Source: Blepharisma stoltei ATCC 30299
Lineage: Eukaryota; Protista; Ciliophora
Assembly (NCBI GenBank): GCA_965603825.1
Contig: CBFDEM010000013.1
Coordinates: 558,001 to 622,000, forward strand
Reading direction: 5' to 3'
DNA length: 64,000 bases
Part shown: piece after piece, positions 13,849-25,714 of the stretch
Position numbering within the stretch: the stretch's first letter is position 1
Layout of the letters: each line of letters opens with the position of its first letter
The notes under the pieces: generated by a model
Databases searched by the model: none
Told to the model about the DNA's origin: nothing
What the model saw: the letters and a program-made list of their open reading frames with translations, nothing else
Program-made: the position numbers and the translations under genes

Positions 13849-14322
13849 AATGAATTTATTGAATGTTAATTATCCATAATAACCGAGATATATAGAGATA
13901 ATTAGAAAAAAATGAGACTTTGCTAGTAATTTATTGCTTAATGGTTTTTTAGAGAAAGGATTATAAAAGGCAAGTAAAGATATTTTGATATTTAAGCTTA
14001 AAATGAATATCATAATTTTAAAAATAAATGCTTATAATTTTTAATATTATTCAATCGGCTGAAGAAAAAAATTAAGAACTCACCTTTTTCTCATGAACTT
14101 ATTATAATTTCTATCTGAGCTTATGTTAATATGATGCAAGATTAATAGATTTATGAATTTTATAGCTAATAATTATTTTTCTTATACTTGCGAAGTTCAT
14201 TAGACTTTGATATCTATTTTTTGGTTTCTTTAATGCAAATAAATAATTAAAAATCAGTTCCTTTAGTCTTTTTTAATCTTTAAGTATATAGAATTAAAAA
14301 TGTTATATTTTGATAGTAAGCA

Positions 14323-15579
14323 CTAATTAAGCCATGATTTGCTACTAAACACTCTATTTATAGCTTCAAAAACTTTGCTTTCACCTTTAATCTGCCTCGG
14401 AAAGTATCTAAATCTAATATTTGGCGAAGAGTCCTCATCATTTCTCTCATTTATATATTTCACTACTCTCTCATTTGCCACCATCACATTATTTTTCTTT
14501 TTTTTCTTAATTTTTCAAACAGACTTTGGCAGCTTAATTTTATCAACAGACTGCGATTTCATACTTTTATTTCGAATCACAGCTGAAAAATTTGTTAATT
14601 GCACTCTATCTACAACATTTGTATGAGTTAATTTATGTTTCACTTTTGATCTAATTAGGACTTTTTCATCTGAGTCTAATAAAAACTTCGCTGGAATGAT
14701 ATTTGATTGAGTTCTATTATGCCCTTGTGGAGAAGAAATTGCAGTAGAATCGAAAAACGATGAGTTTAAACTTGGGAGTTTATATTTATCGGTTGGGTCA
14801 ATATTTATTTCATCATGACTTCTGGATTTTGGCAAAAAGGATTTAGCGAAAATTGTTGAATTTTGACAACCAGCAAGTCACAATTTGTTTTGTTTATCTT
14901 CGATAAATAAAAACTCACAGTGTATTATAGTACAAATTCCTGAGAGAGAAGACATCAAGTCATTAGAAACTTTTTTGAAGGATTCTTTTATTAAATTATC
15001 AGTAATATGCTCAATTCTACTTATTCGGTTTGGATAGTTGTGGTTATATATAATTTTTTTAATGTCTATTTTATATGAATCTTCTGAGGGGTCAATACTT
15101 ACTACATAAAAAAAATCATAAGTAATCATTGAAAATTTATAAAGCTGTAATGCTTCAATATCTTGAAAAACCATAGGAAATGATTGTCCCATTAACTTCG
15201 TCAAATTTGATAAATAAAGGATTTTTCGTGTACCGTCTTTTCGTACGCTAAAGCAAGTTTTCCTGTCTCGGTATTGAATTTTAAGCCAGTCGTCTTTATT
15301 GTCTAGAGCATTCTTAAAATGTGATTGCTCCTCTTTTGAAAGATTATGCCTTAGAAAGAATCTAACGATTTCAGTTGATTTCAAATAGGATTTCGGTTTT
15401 GAATGAATGTAGCCAATATTATCTGTATAGACTCATAGGTCAATATTATTTTCAGAATCGATAAAAACAGTATCCAAAACCTGAAGCTTTATTGGAGGTT
15501 GCTTAGGATGAGTAAGGAGAGATAAGAGAAGTCATCTCCAGGAAAGCTTGATTGAATTATTTTGAGTTAAATGTTCCAT
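14323..15579 (-). CDS. hypothetical protein, 418 aa
   Basis: Single frame from ATG 15579 to TAG 14323 when four TGA are read as Trp. Confidence 0.7.
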
Positions 15580-16409
15580 AATAAGAATATATATAAAAAA
15601 GTTTTAATGAGTTGGAATATACGAAAAATAATTTTTTAAGATAATGAAATTTGCAATTATAAAGAATATTATCTCAATAATAAAATACTGAAATATTCAC
15701 AGATTAAGAACTTTTTAATATATCAAGTAAGAAATAAATTATAAAATTCTGAATTTATTAATTTTTTGTATTTTCAAAGTCTTTGATTTCTTTCTGTTTA
15801 AAATTTTTCATCTTAAATTTATATATGCTGAGCCATTAAGATAATAAATTGATCCCTCAAAATATGTGTAAATTAAAGGTATTTGGTTCAACTTTGGACA
15901 TAACAATCCATTCTTAAATTCATGAGCAAGACTTCATTCAGATAAAGGATCTTCACAGGAGTTCACTTTATTAAATTTTGAGAAAATAAAAATATAAATT
16001 TTTCCTGCAAATTTAATAAGGGTTTTATCAGCTATTTTATTAAGACTCCCATTCATCGGAGAATAGTGGCTATAAGAATCCAGAAATATATCATACACTC
16101 ATACTCCAGAATTATTCCTAGAAATAATTAATTTTTGATTAAATCCAGTGTATGATAACAGGTGTATAAAAGGTGCATTGCACAAATAAGCCCACTTATT
16201 CTGTGAAACTAAACATCTTTTTAGACACAAAATAAATAGTTACTTTATTAATATAAAATTTTTTATCTGCTATATGTTGATATTGAAGTTGCTCATCGTT
16301 GAGCTTGTCTTGGGACGCACTAAAACGCTTATATTCAAATCTACATAGCATAATTTTTTAAATAGACCCAAAATTTGCTCTAACAATTTGGCGAAAATAT
16401 AAAAATAAG

Positions 16410-17506
16410 ATGAAGATATATATTCTCTCACTTTTATTTATTGCAACGCTCGGAGTCATTGAAATTCCTCTCTCTCATATCTATAAAACAGAGGAAGAGC
16501 AATATGCTTATTTCAAGCTAATTCAGCTAAGAAGGCTGTTTGGGGCAAGTAATGTCCCGATTTCTAACTATTTAGATGCTCAATATTATGGCCCGATTTC
16601 AATTGGGACTCCTCCTCAGCCTTTTACTGTTACTTTCGACACAGGATCCCAAATCCTTTGGGTGCCATCGAAAACATGCACTTCACTAGCTTGCTATACG
16701 CACCATATGTATAACTCAAAAGCATCATCCACATATAAAAAGAATGGGGATACGGTTATTACTGGTTATGCTAGTGGCTTTGTGTCGCAAGACACTTTGA
16801 CCTGGGCGGACTCACTGTCAAAGACGTTAAATTTGTTGAAATGGGTTCTCTTGTTGGATCTGGCTGGGTGGAAACCAAGCCAGATGGGATGTTAGGAATG
16901 GCCACACAGCCAACTACTATAGATAAGCTGCCTCCTCAAGCATTCACTTATTTATATAAACAAGGGCTGGTAACTAATAACAGCTTTGCATTTTATTTAA
17001 CCAAAAATGCAAATCAAGCAGGAAGCACTCTTACATTAGGAGGCTATAACTCAACGTTTTCGAAAGGGGACTGGAATTATGTCCCTCTATACAAGCAAGA
17101 GATGTGGACTATCCTGATCTCAGCCATAAATGTAGGCGGAAAAGCTATTTCTGGAACTGGAATTAATGCAATTCTCGACACTGGGACTTCACTGCTTGTT
17201 GGAAGCTTTAATATTGTGAACGAAATTAATGAGAATATTGGAGTAGTTGCTGACGATTGCTCAAATATAAGTAAACTTCCAACAGTAAATATTGTTCTTG
17301 GAGGAGTTACTTAGGCTATGCCTCCAAGTGCTTATGTCTTGCAAATCCCTAACGGAAACACCTATCAATGCACCAACGGATGGCAACCTGAATACTTAGG
17401 AACTGGTATGGATAATACAATTATCCTTGGTGACCTCTTTTTTAGAACTTATTACACTCTCTTCGACATAGGCAACTTAAGAATTGGACTTTCAACTGCG
17501 GTTTAA
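16410..17506 (+). pseudogene. cathepsin D / pepsin-family aspartic protease with disabling lesions
   Basis: Signal peptide, FDTGS and LDTGT catalytic motifs, ILGDLF; 1-nt deletion in G run 16804-16806; in-frame TAG 17312-17314; flap shortened relative to the adjacent copy. Confidence 0.8.
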
Positions 17507-17599
17507 AATTTAAAGTGACTTTGCCCCAAAAAAATTTTGCATTCTTCTTAATCTCTTAAAGCTTAAATCAATAATTAATTGAGGAAAATGATCTTAAAG

Positions 17600-18320
17600 A
17601 TGAACTTTTGATTCTTTCTATGCTTTTCATATGCACCTTAGGACTAGTAGTTATTTCTCTAAGTCCTGCCAATAAAACCCCTGAAGATAAATATGCCTTT
17701 TTCTGATAAAGGAACTAATATTCCTTGACAAATTATTTAGACACCCAATATTATGGTCCTATTTCACTTGGACTCCTCCTACGATTTATAGTTATTTTTG
17801 ATACAGGCTCTGGGTCCCATCATCAAAATGCACCTCTTTAGCCTTGCTCTTTGCATCATACTTATAACTCGTCAGCTTCTTCCACTTATGCAAAAAATGG
17901 CACCTCTATTAGTCTTCAATACGGTAAAGGAGCTTACAGTGGATTTATATCCCAAGATACGTTGACTTGAGGCTATACAGCTAAAAATGTGCTTTTCGCT
18001 GAATGACAACTCTACCGGAACAGCTTGGATTACTAGCAAGTCTGATGGGATTTTAGGGATGTCTTGGCAATCAATTTCTCCAGATGGCCTGCCTCCAGCA
18101 TTTACTTATTTAGCTGGGCAAGGACTGGTATCAAGCAACTCCTTTGCATTTATTTGACTAAAAACGATAATCAAGCTGGGAGCACTCTTACACTAGGAGG
18201 TTATAATTCAACATTTTCTAAAGGAGACTGGCATTATGTGCCTTTATATAAGCAAGAATGATGGCTGATTTTGATGGACTCTATTTCGGTTAACGGCAAA
18301 AATGTTACTGAAAAGAACCT
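17600..18320 (+). pseudogene. degraded, 3'-truncated tandem paralog of the aspartic protease
   Basis: Remnants [49 protein letters not shown]; multiple indels and stops; ends before the second DTG; end coordinate approximate. Confidence 0.85.
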
Positions 18321-18571
18321 TAGTAAAAAATTTATTTCTATGTGCAGTTAATTAATTTGCATGAAAAAGTTGAAGATGCTTTATTCAAATTCAGAAAATT
18401 CAATAATAAAATGATATGAGTTTCTTTATGGTTAGTAAAAAAAATTTATTTTATTTAATAAAAATATATCTGTTTAGAATAAAGTTCTTCTAGACTCGTT
18501 TTATTATCATGAAAGAATTCAAAGCACTATTGTTCCATTGAAATTTTTATATTTATGTTACATAATAAAAA

Positions 18572-19177
18572 ATGGCAAGAATGTTTCTCCTTTTTGGTTT
18601 TTTTCTATCTTTAGTAGTTGCTTTAGATAAAGCCTCTAGCCCAGTTAAAGATTTTATGAATGGATTCGAAATAGGCATTAACAAATCTCCATCCTGCTCT
18701 GAGAACTGGAAAGAGTGTGGAACTTATACCGGCCAGCTTATGAAGATACCAATATCCGATTTAATTTCTTTTTTTAGAAGAGAAATTCATTTTTCTGATG
18801 CTCTAGAAGTTATTGAAGGTTTCCAAACAAGCTTCTCAAGTATCTGGGGATGCATCAGCACAGTTATTGATGTAGGAGCAGTTGCTTTCGATATCTATCA
18901 CTTTACCACTCCAGGCTTCCAGAACGAAAATACTCTAGAAATGGTTTCAGATGTCCTTAATTTCTCATGCAGCGTTCAAAAAACAGCTTTCGACTTTGTC
19001 TTTATAATGAATACTTGTGGTGCTGGAGCAAATTTAAGTTTGGAAAATGTAATCAGTAATTATTACAATCATCAAGATCAAGTCTCAAGCTTAATTGCTT
19101 ATGCTAAAAATTGTGAAACTAATTATCGTCAGTGCGGCAAGTCTGTAGGAGATTTAATCCAACTTTTACTCAAATAA
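18572..19177 (+). CDS. secreted Cys-containing protein of unknown function
   Basis: N-terminal signal peptide, 7 Cys, 201 aa. Confidence 0.7.
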   Translation: MARMFLLFGFFLSLVVALDKASSPVKDFMNGFEIGINKSPSCSENWKECGTYTGQLMKIPISDLISFFRREIHFSDALEVIEGFQTSFSSIWGCISTVIDVGAVAFDIYHFTTPGFQNENTLEMVSDVLNFSCSVQKTAFDFVFIMNTCGAGANLSLENVISNYYNHQDQVSSLIAYAKNCETNYRQCGKSVGDLIQLLLK

Positions 19178-19480
19178 AAAATTATTTCTTATATTTTTAT
19201 TATTAAAAAAGTAAATGGATTTATGGATAGAAACTAAGGATTTTTCGATATTGAACCCTTTAGTTTTTTTAAAATTTTATTTTCAAAAGCTTATAAAAGA
19301 TTATTATATCAAAATAATGACTGAATCTTATGAAGCACTCATTCAAAACTGAATTTTTTAATTGGCCATACCATTTTAAACTTCAATTGTTGCAATCATC
19401 AAATGCAATAAATCCTAAGCTATTTTGATCTTAGTATATTAGCAAATTTTTATTGATTTTAGTATACTTAATTCATAATA

Positions 19481-21103
19481 ATGTCTAAAGAACGACGAAA
19501 AGTCATTTTTCCAGGCGAACTCCCATCTTTGCATGTTCCTGTAAAAGCTTCTCCTCAAAAGAAGCGAGGCCTGCCCACAACTTTGAGCTCATTTTTGCCA
19601 TCAAAAGATATTATGAATATCCGAAAATCTCAGCGAAAAATCGCACTTTTTTCCGCAATTATTTCAATTTCTACTATTGTGTTTGCTTTTATTGAAAATG
19701 AAGAAGAATATTCCAATCATCAGACTACTAGTACTACAAGCAACATTCTTCGATGATTTATCATGATTTTAACTGGTTTACATATATATTGCATTTTCAA
19801 ATATTACTCAGGGATTATTGAAATTAAAAAAGCTTATAAAGAAATCACAAAGAAAAGCAAAATACAATATGATTATAAACTGATGAAATATATGATTATC
19901 GAGATGCTTTCCACCTGCTTTTTGGTTCCCCCTTATATTGACTGAAAAGAAAAATTTCATCAATTAGATACATATGCAATTGTATCAGTTTCCGATATTA
20001 TATATATTTTATCCTTCCTACGGCTTTACCATATAGGAAAACTTTTATTTGAGATTTCTTCGTTTAATTCTGCAAAGGCTTATTTTTATTCTTCCTTGCA
20101 AAACACTAAAACTTCAGTTTCGTTCACACTGAAATGCTATATGCAGATGAATTCCTTTTTATGCATGGTTTTATTATCAGCTATATTAACAATTACTGGC
20201 GGGCTGATTTTGCATGTATTAGAAAGAACCACCCCAACAAGTTCATTTGACTATATATGAGATGCATTTTGAATACTCTGCCAGACCCAAGAAACTGCTG
20301 GTTATGGCGATATTATACCGAAAACCCATTTAGGTCGTGCTGTAGTCGTTATAGCATGCACATTTGGAACTTTTTTTGTATCTTCGATGGTAATTGCAGT
20401 AAGAGAACTGACCTCGTTTTCTGATGATGAAATAAAATTTTATTCATTAGTCAAATATAAAAAGCACATCAAAGAAAAACTAGTTGATTTGGCTGTACTT
20501 GTAATACAAAGGTGATGGAAATATGCGAAACTTCGGGTAGCAAAAGAGCCAAGAATTAAATTTCTTACTGCTTATCGAACTGCTTCTAATAAATTTCACT
20601 TCAGCCGGACGCAAATAAAGATTCAAAGAAATCCTTTATTTCGCGAGCAAATGAATGAAATAAGTACGATGACTGATACAGTCATGAAAAAAATGCAGGA
20701 CTATCTTAAAAATTCAAGAATCTATGAAAGCTTAGGAGCTCATTTTCTCAAAGACGAGTTCACAATTTTAGAAAAAATTAAAGCAATAAATAAGAATTTA
20801 GTTAAAATCCTGAAACCTGACAGGAAAAAGCATACAACTTTAGCACTCCCAATAGATGAAATAAGGCAAAACTCTTCTCATTCAAGCAATGGAAGTAATA
20901 GCAGCAGAGCTGCTATGAAAGGAAGAAGGCAAAGCGCAGTTAAAAAAATGATTATGAATAGGCTTGGGTCGTTTGATTTTAGGGATAAAAGGAGTAAAAG
21001 CGCTCTTGGCCAAATAGTTTCATTATCAGGGATTGAAAATATTTATGATAGTGAGCCAAATTCAGCTGGAAAGAAAAATTTTGAATACAGTAAACAAGAC
21101 TAA
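19481..21103 (+). CDS. SK/KCNN-like calcium-activated potassium channel, 540 aa
   Basis: One frame with five TGA(Trp); S4-like FLRLY; pore WDAFW..TQETAGYGDIIPKTHLGR; calmodulin-binding IQ-like VIQRWWK. Confidence 0.88.
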
Positions 21104-21162
21104 AGACTTACAAAAACCTATTATTTTTCAAAAAGAATGTATAAATAATAATTATAATTAAA

Positions 21163-21639
21163 TTATTTCATATGGTATTTTGCCATGCACACAAATCTTT
21201 GCTCTAGTCCGCAAATTTCATAAAACCCTTTGATCTCATCTTTGCAATCTAGGATCACTTTGTAGCAGCCAAGCTCTCTACTTAAGTTCACTAAAAATGT
21301 GACTAATTGCTTTCCAATTCCCCTGCCCTGGCAATTTTTGGCTACTACAACATCTTCAATATGTCCGCATTTGCCTCCTTCATATAGTAATTTTTGCTCT
21401 ACTAGTAATGTTCCATGAGCTACTAATTTTTGTGTAGCTAAATCTTCAAATACAATTACATAATATTCATTAGGCCTGCTATTCATGAAGCTTAAAGTCC
21501 TACAAAATATTTCTTCAGTCAAATTTCCAACCTTGGTCAATGTTGACAAAAGCTCAATAATTCCTTTCTGAAAGTCTCCAGACTCCAATCTCCTTATCAC
21601 TATTCCTTCTATTTCTCTTGGCTGGAGAACGTTTTCCAT
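21163..21639 (-). CDS. GNA1: glucosamine-6-phosphate N-acetyltransferase
   Basis: GHIEDVVV, QGRGIGK, CYKVILDC motifs. Confidence 0.92.
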   Translation of the reverse strand: MENVLQPREIEGIVIRRLESGDFQKGIIELLSTLTKVGNLTEEIFCRTLSFMNSRPNEYYVIVFEDLATQKLVAHGTLLVEQKLLYEGGKCGHIEDVVVAKNCQGRGIGKQLVTFLVNLSRELGCYKVILDCKDEIKGFYEICGLEQRFVCMAKYHMK

Positions 21640-21735
21640 AATGAGCTTCTTATGCTTTACAAAAATAATAAATTATTGTCAATATCTGTTAAAATTCATA
21701 AGAAATATTAAAATTACTTATAATCTATTTACAAA

Positions 21736-22011
21736 ATGGACGAAGATGAGAAGCAGATCAAACATTCAGAAAGTTGGCTTCTTTTTAGAAAATTTAGAGA
21801 TATGGAAGAAGAATTACGAACTGATGTCGATTTGCAGGTTTTAGAAAGTATTTGGAGCTTTTTCAAGCCAATAGCAAAAGGCATGTCCTTTGGCTGCACA
21901 GAAATTTATGGGATGTACAACATCTTTAAATTTAAGAAAGCCAAGCAGTTTGCTCTTTATTTCTTACTGGTATTCAATGAAAAAGTTATAAAATTAACTG
22001 GACTACAATAA
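21736..22011 (+). CDS. small hypothetical protein
   Basis: 91-aa ATG..TAA ORF filling the gap between genes. Confidence 0.5.
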   Translation: MDEDEKQIKHSESWLLFRKFRDMEEELRTDVDLQVLESIWSFFKPIAKGMSFGCTEIYGMYNIFKFKKAKQFALYFLLVFNEKVIKLTGLQ

Positions 22012-22073
22012 CTAATTAACCAAAAACCTTTCTAAACTAGTGCTTATTAGATTATTATATAATAATTTTAGAA

Positions 22074-22760
22074 TTAATTTCTAGTCACAGGTCTAGAAAT
22101 TATTCTAGAGCGAGATGATAAATCATAGAGAGATTTATTAAAAGTTCCAGGAATATCATAAGCTCCTGGCCCAGGACTTTCAATCCTCTGAAAAGATAAA
22201 TTCTTATTTCTTTTTTCTTTCCCAAATCCAATGTTAGAATAATTTCCTTTTTCCTTCAATTTAAAGCTAGGGGAGTATGCTCCTGGGTCAGGTGTAAAAT
22301 TTTTAATTTTCCGTATAATTTTTGGCCGAAACGAAAACTTCGGCCCATCAGCCCCAATAGGACTGAAATTATAAGGATCATAAGCCCCAGGGCCAGGATC
22401 ATTGCTTATTTTGAATTTTGAGCTATCAACTTTTCCTTTCATACTATAACCTTTTTTTTCTAGTAGATTAAACGAGGTATTTATTGAATAAGTGTCTGGA
22501 GACGGGGAATCTCTCCCTTTAGGATTGAAAGGCTCCCAACGTTTTCCATAACCAAAAGAAGTAGATCTTTTCTCTAATGTAGATGGGAGGATAAAATAAC
22601 TGGGATATTTTGTATGGCGATCTTTAGAAAAGCGATCGGCTTTACAGAATGATCAATGAGAGGTGTCTTTCCCCATTGTAGTGAAAACTGGAGGGCAAAT
22701 TTCAGAGCTTGGCAGTGTTGAAGCTCGTGCATGACTGAGTGTGATTTTTGAGTTCTTCAT
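22074..22760 (-). CDS. SHIPPO / sperm-tail PG-rich repeat protein (ODF3-like, ciliary)
   Basis: PGPGAY, PDPGAY and SPSPDTY repeats; ATG 22760 in frame through one TGA(Trp). Confidence 0.8.
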
Positions 22761-22792
22761 TTCAGTTAAATTTTTATTAGTAAAATTGCTTA

Positions 22793-23341
22793 TTATGTAT
22801 TAATTTTTTCTTTAATGTCAATTTTTGGTCTGGATATATCAAACTGCCCTCTCAATTGACTTTTGCTTTTTCTCGGAGTTTGGGCTGCAGAAGATACTAG
22901 TCTGCTCTTAAGAATAGCTGAACTATTCTTATATCGAGCCTGCAGTGATGGATTATTTGAAGCTCTTGTTGAGGAAGGCTGATGAACCTCTGGTCATTTA
23001 TTCGCATAAATGGCTACTGTTTTTTGATTGATTTTATGACGGCTGCTTTCTGGTGTCTTTTCAAACCTTCAAACTCTCCTTTCATTTTTCTTGTCTTTTG
23101 ATGGTGAATTTACCAGCCAATTTAGCTGTGTTGATAACTCAGCATTGAATTTTTTGAACCCATTCAAAGAAGGTCCATTAGATTCTCCATCATCGCAGGA
23201 TAAAGATTTTAGGTGTTTTCTTTCGATTGATCTATTTCTTAAATCTTCATAGTATTGGTCTGCAATTTTTCTAAGTTTTTCTCTTTCTTTTTTTGTTCTG
23301 ATTAAATATTTTTCTAATTCGCTATGATTCGTTACTTCCAT
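22793..23341 (-). CDS. hypothetical basic protein
   Basis: Reads through TGA 23069 and 22994 to TAA 22793. Confidence 0.65.
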
Positions 23342-23500
23342 ATATCATAAAACTATTTTAATAAACTACTACAACAATATTTTATTTAAACAGAAATTGT
23401 ATATATTTATCAAAAACCAAATAAATATTAAAAATCTCAAGGAAACTGCTTGCGTCATCTAAATCTTATTTTTCACATTTAATTTTTCATATTTATTAGA

Positions 23501-25090
23501 ATGAATCAGCGAGCTACCCCAAGATCCAAAATTGAAGAGCTCAAAACTTTAATCAGAATTAGGCCGCGAACTGGTAAAAAAGCTGTTAATTTAAACACAA
23601 CGATCACGACAACAATTAGCAATATTTTGGCCAATTCAGATAGAAATCCTACAAATAACACTTTAATCATTTCAAAGCCATCAATGGCTTTACATTCCTT
23701 AGGGAAAAGCATAGGAAATCGAAACCCAAGAGCTTATCGAGGGATTCCGACCTTTAATTTGGCGAATGTAACACTAAATAGTTCGTTAAATTCAAGCGCA
23801 TCAACTTCAACAAGAATCCCTAAGCCACCTTCAAAGCCCAAAGAAACTCAATTTATTCGAAAAGTTTCTCAAAACACTCAAGAAAGTGGCAAACCTCAGC
23901 TTCCAATCACACCAAGTTATGCTATCCAGCACTATAAATCTGATTTCACAAATTATGAAATAGGAGAAATTCTTGGGTTCAATGAAATTTATTATTGAGG
24001 AGGAAAAATAGCTAAAGTAGTAAACCAAGGCCCAAATCATGGCTTTGATGACGCAAAAGCAAATTATTTGCTTTATAAGCATGACCATCTTGCTTATAGG
24101 TATGAAATTTTAAAAGTTCTTGGGAAAGGGTCATTCGGGCAGGTATGTGAATGCTTTGATCATAAAAATAACGAAAGCGTTGCAATGAAAATTATTAAAA
24201 ATAAAAAACAATTTTTGCCTCAGTCAGCAGTGGAGTTAAAAGTATTGAAAACAATAATGGAGGAAGATAGCGACAATTCGAATAATGTTATTCATGTAAA
24301 AGATTATTTTATTTTTCGTCATCATTTATGCATCTCAATGGAACTTCTCAGCTCAAATCTTTACGATTTGCTTAAACAGACTCAATTCAAGGGCCTTTCT
24401 TTAGGGCTCATTCGGAGATTTGCTATACAAATCTTAATCGCTCTCAAGTTCACTAAAAAACTAAAGCTGATCCATTGTGACCTGAAGCCAGAAAATATCC
24501 TCTTGAAGCAAGCTAATAAATCAGGAATCAAAGTAATAGATTTTGGTTCTGCTTGCTTTGAGTCAGAAAGAGCTTATTCTTATATACAAAGTCGGTTTTA
24601 TCGCGCTCCAGAAGTTATATTAGGAATTCCATATGGTATGGAAATAGATATATGATCTTTTGGCTGCATTCTTGCTGAATTATATACAGGAAACCCAATT
24701 TTCCCCGGAGAAAGTGAGGCTGAACAATTGCAAATTATTATGTCGTATTTGGGTGTTCCCCCCTCAACTCTATTGTCAAGAGCACCACGAGCAAGAATTT
24801 TTTTTGATGGGGAAGTGCCACGCTTGGTTCCAAACTCTAAAGGGAAAACATATGCACCTTCTTCTAAAAGTATTTTAAAATCTATCATTACAAAAGACAG
24901 TCAATTTCTTGATTTAATTCAAAGATGCTTTGAATGAGATCCAAATAAAAGAATAACCCCAGAAGAAGCTTTATTGCACCCATGGATTACAAGTGGACTA
25001 ACAAAAACTCGACCACCTGACGAAGCTAGAAGGCATCGTCCAAATCTTATAAAGGAATCACTGAAAAATATAATGATAGAAATTGATTAA
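23501..25090 (+). CDS. DYRK (class 2) dual-specificity kinase, 529 aa
   Basis: DH box FDD..NY..DHLAYRY, GKGSFG, HCDLKPEN, YSYIQSRFYRAPE; TGA(Trp) at 23996, 24653 (DIWSFG) and 24935. Confidence 0.93.
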
Positions 25091-25122
25091 ATGTAAGAAA
25101 TATGGTTTTATAATTTCTAGAA

Positions 25123-25590
25123 ATGGTCGATAGAGAAAATCTCGTAGACGAGTCTATGCAGCTCAAAGGTGAAAACTCCTATTATGCATCAAATGTGCCG
25201 GAAGAATCAAAGCTTCCAGACGACAAAAGAATTACATCAGGAGGCACCCCTCTTTTAATCGGTACAGATCAGCCACATCAATTACAGAAAAGAATAATTC
25301 CAATAACTGCCTATTCATGGAATGATGACAATGCTAATAAAAAAGTGGCTGTATACATAGAATTTCCAGAAAGCGTGAACCCTTCACAAATTCACTGTGA
25401 TTATCAGATCAGATCTCTTGTGATGAGCTATAATTATTCTGACACTGAAATAAAGAGGCTCACAATCCCTAGGCTGAACAGAGAGATCAATCCCGCTGAA
25501 AGCACCTTCAAAGTAAGGAAGAATAAAGTGATTTTGTATCTCAAAAAGGCTAAGGACGAAAACTGGCCACTATTGGAATTCCGTAATTAA
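25123..25590 (+). CDS. CS-domain (p23/SGT1-like) co-chaperone
   Basis: YSWND..KVAVYI and L.REI.P.ES..KV.K.KV.L.LKK....W pattern. Confidence 0.75.
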   Translation: MVDRENLVDESMQLKGENSYYASNVPEESKLPDDKRITSGGTPLLIGTDQPHQLQKRIIPITAYSWNDDNANKKVAVYIEFPESVNPSQIHCDYQIRSLVMSYNYSDTEIKRLTIPRLNREINPAESTFKVRKNKVILYLKKAKDENWPLLEFRN

Positions 25591-25714
25591 TTAAGAACAA
25601 AGGGATTTCTTTTTAAGTAGGTGTTAATGCTTCAAAATATATGAAAATTCTGGTAATCCTTGGGGTTTGTGACGTTCGTGAAACAAGAGGATCACATTGA
25701 TCCTTATAATAAAA

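Noticed and set aside
17285-17314. 30-nt GTAA...ACTTAG intron that would remove the TAG in the protease
   Set aside because: It would delete the conserved V.IVLGG strand, is twice the observed intron size, and the upstream frameshift would remain
17312-17314. TAG read-through as evidence of an ambiguous genetic code
   Set aside because: A single case in a gene with other lesions; elsewhere internal TAA/TAG are explained by micro-introns
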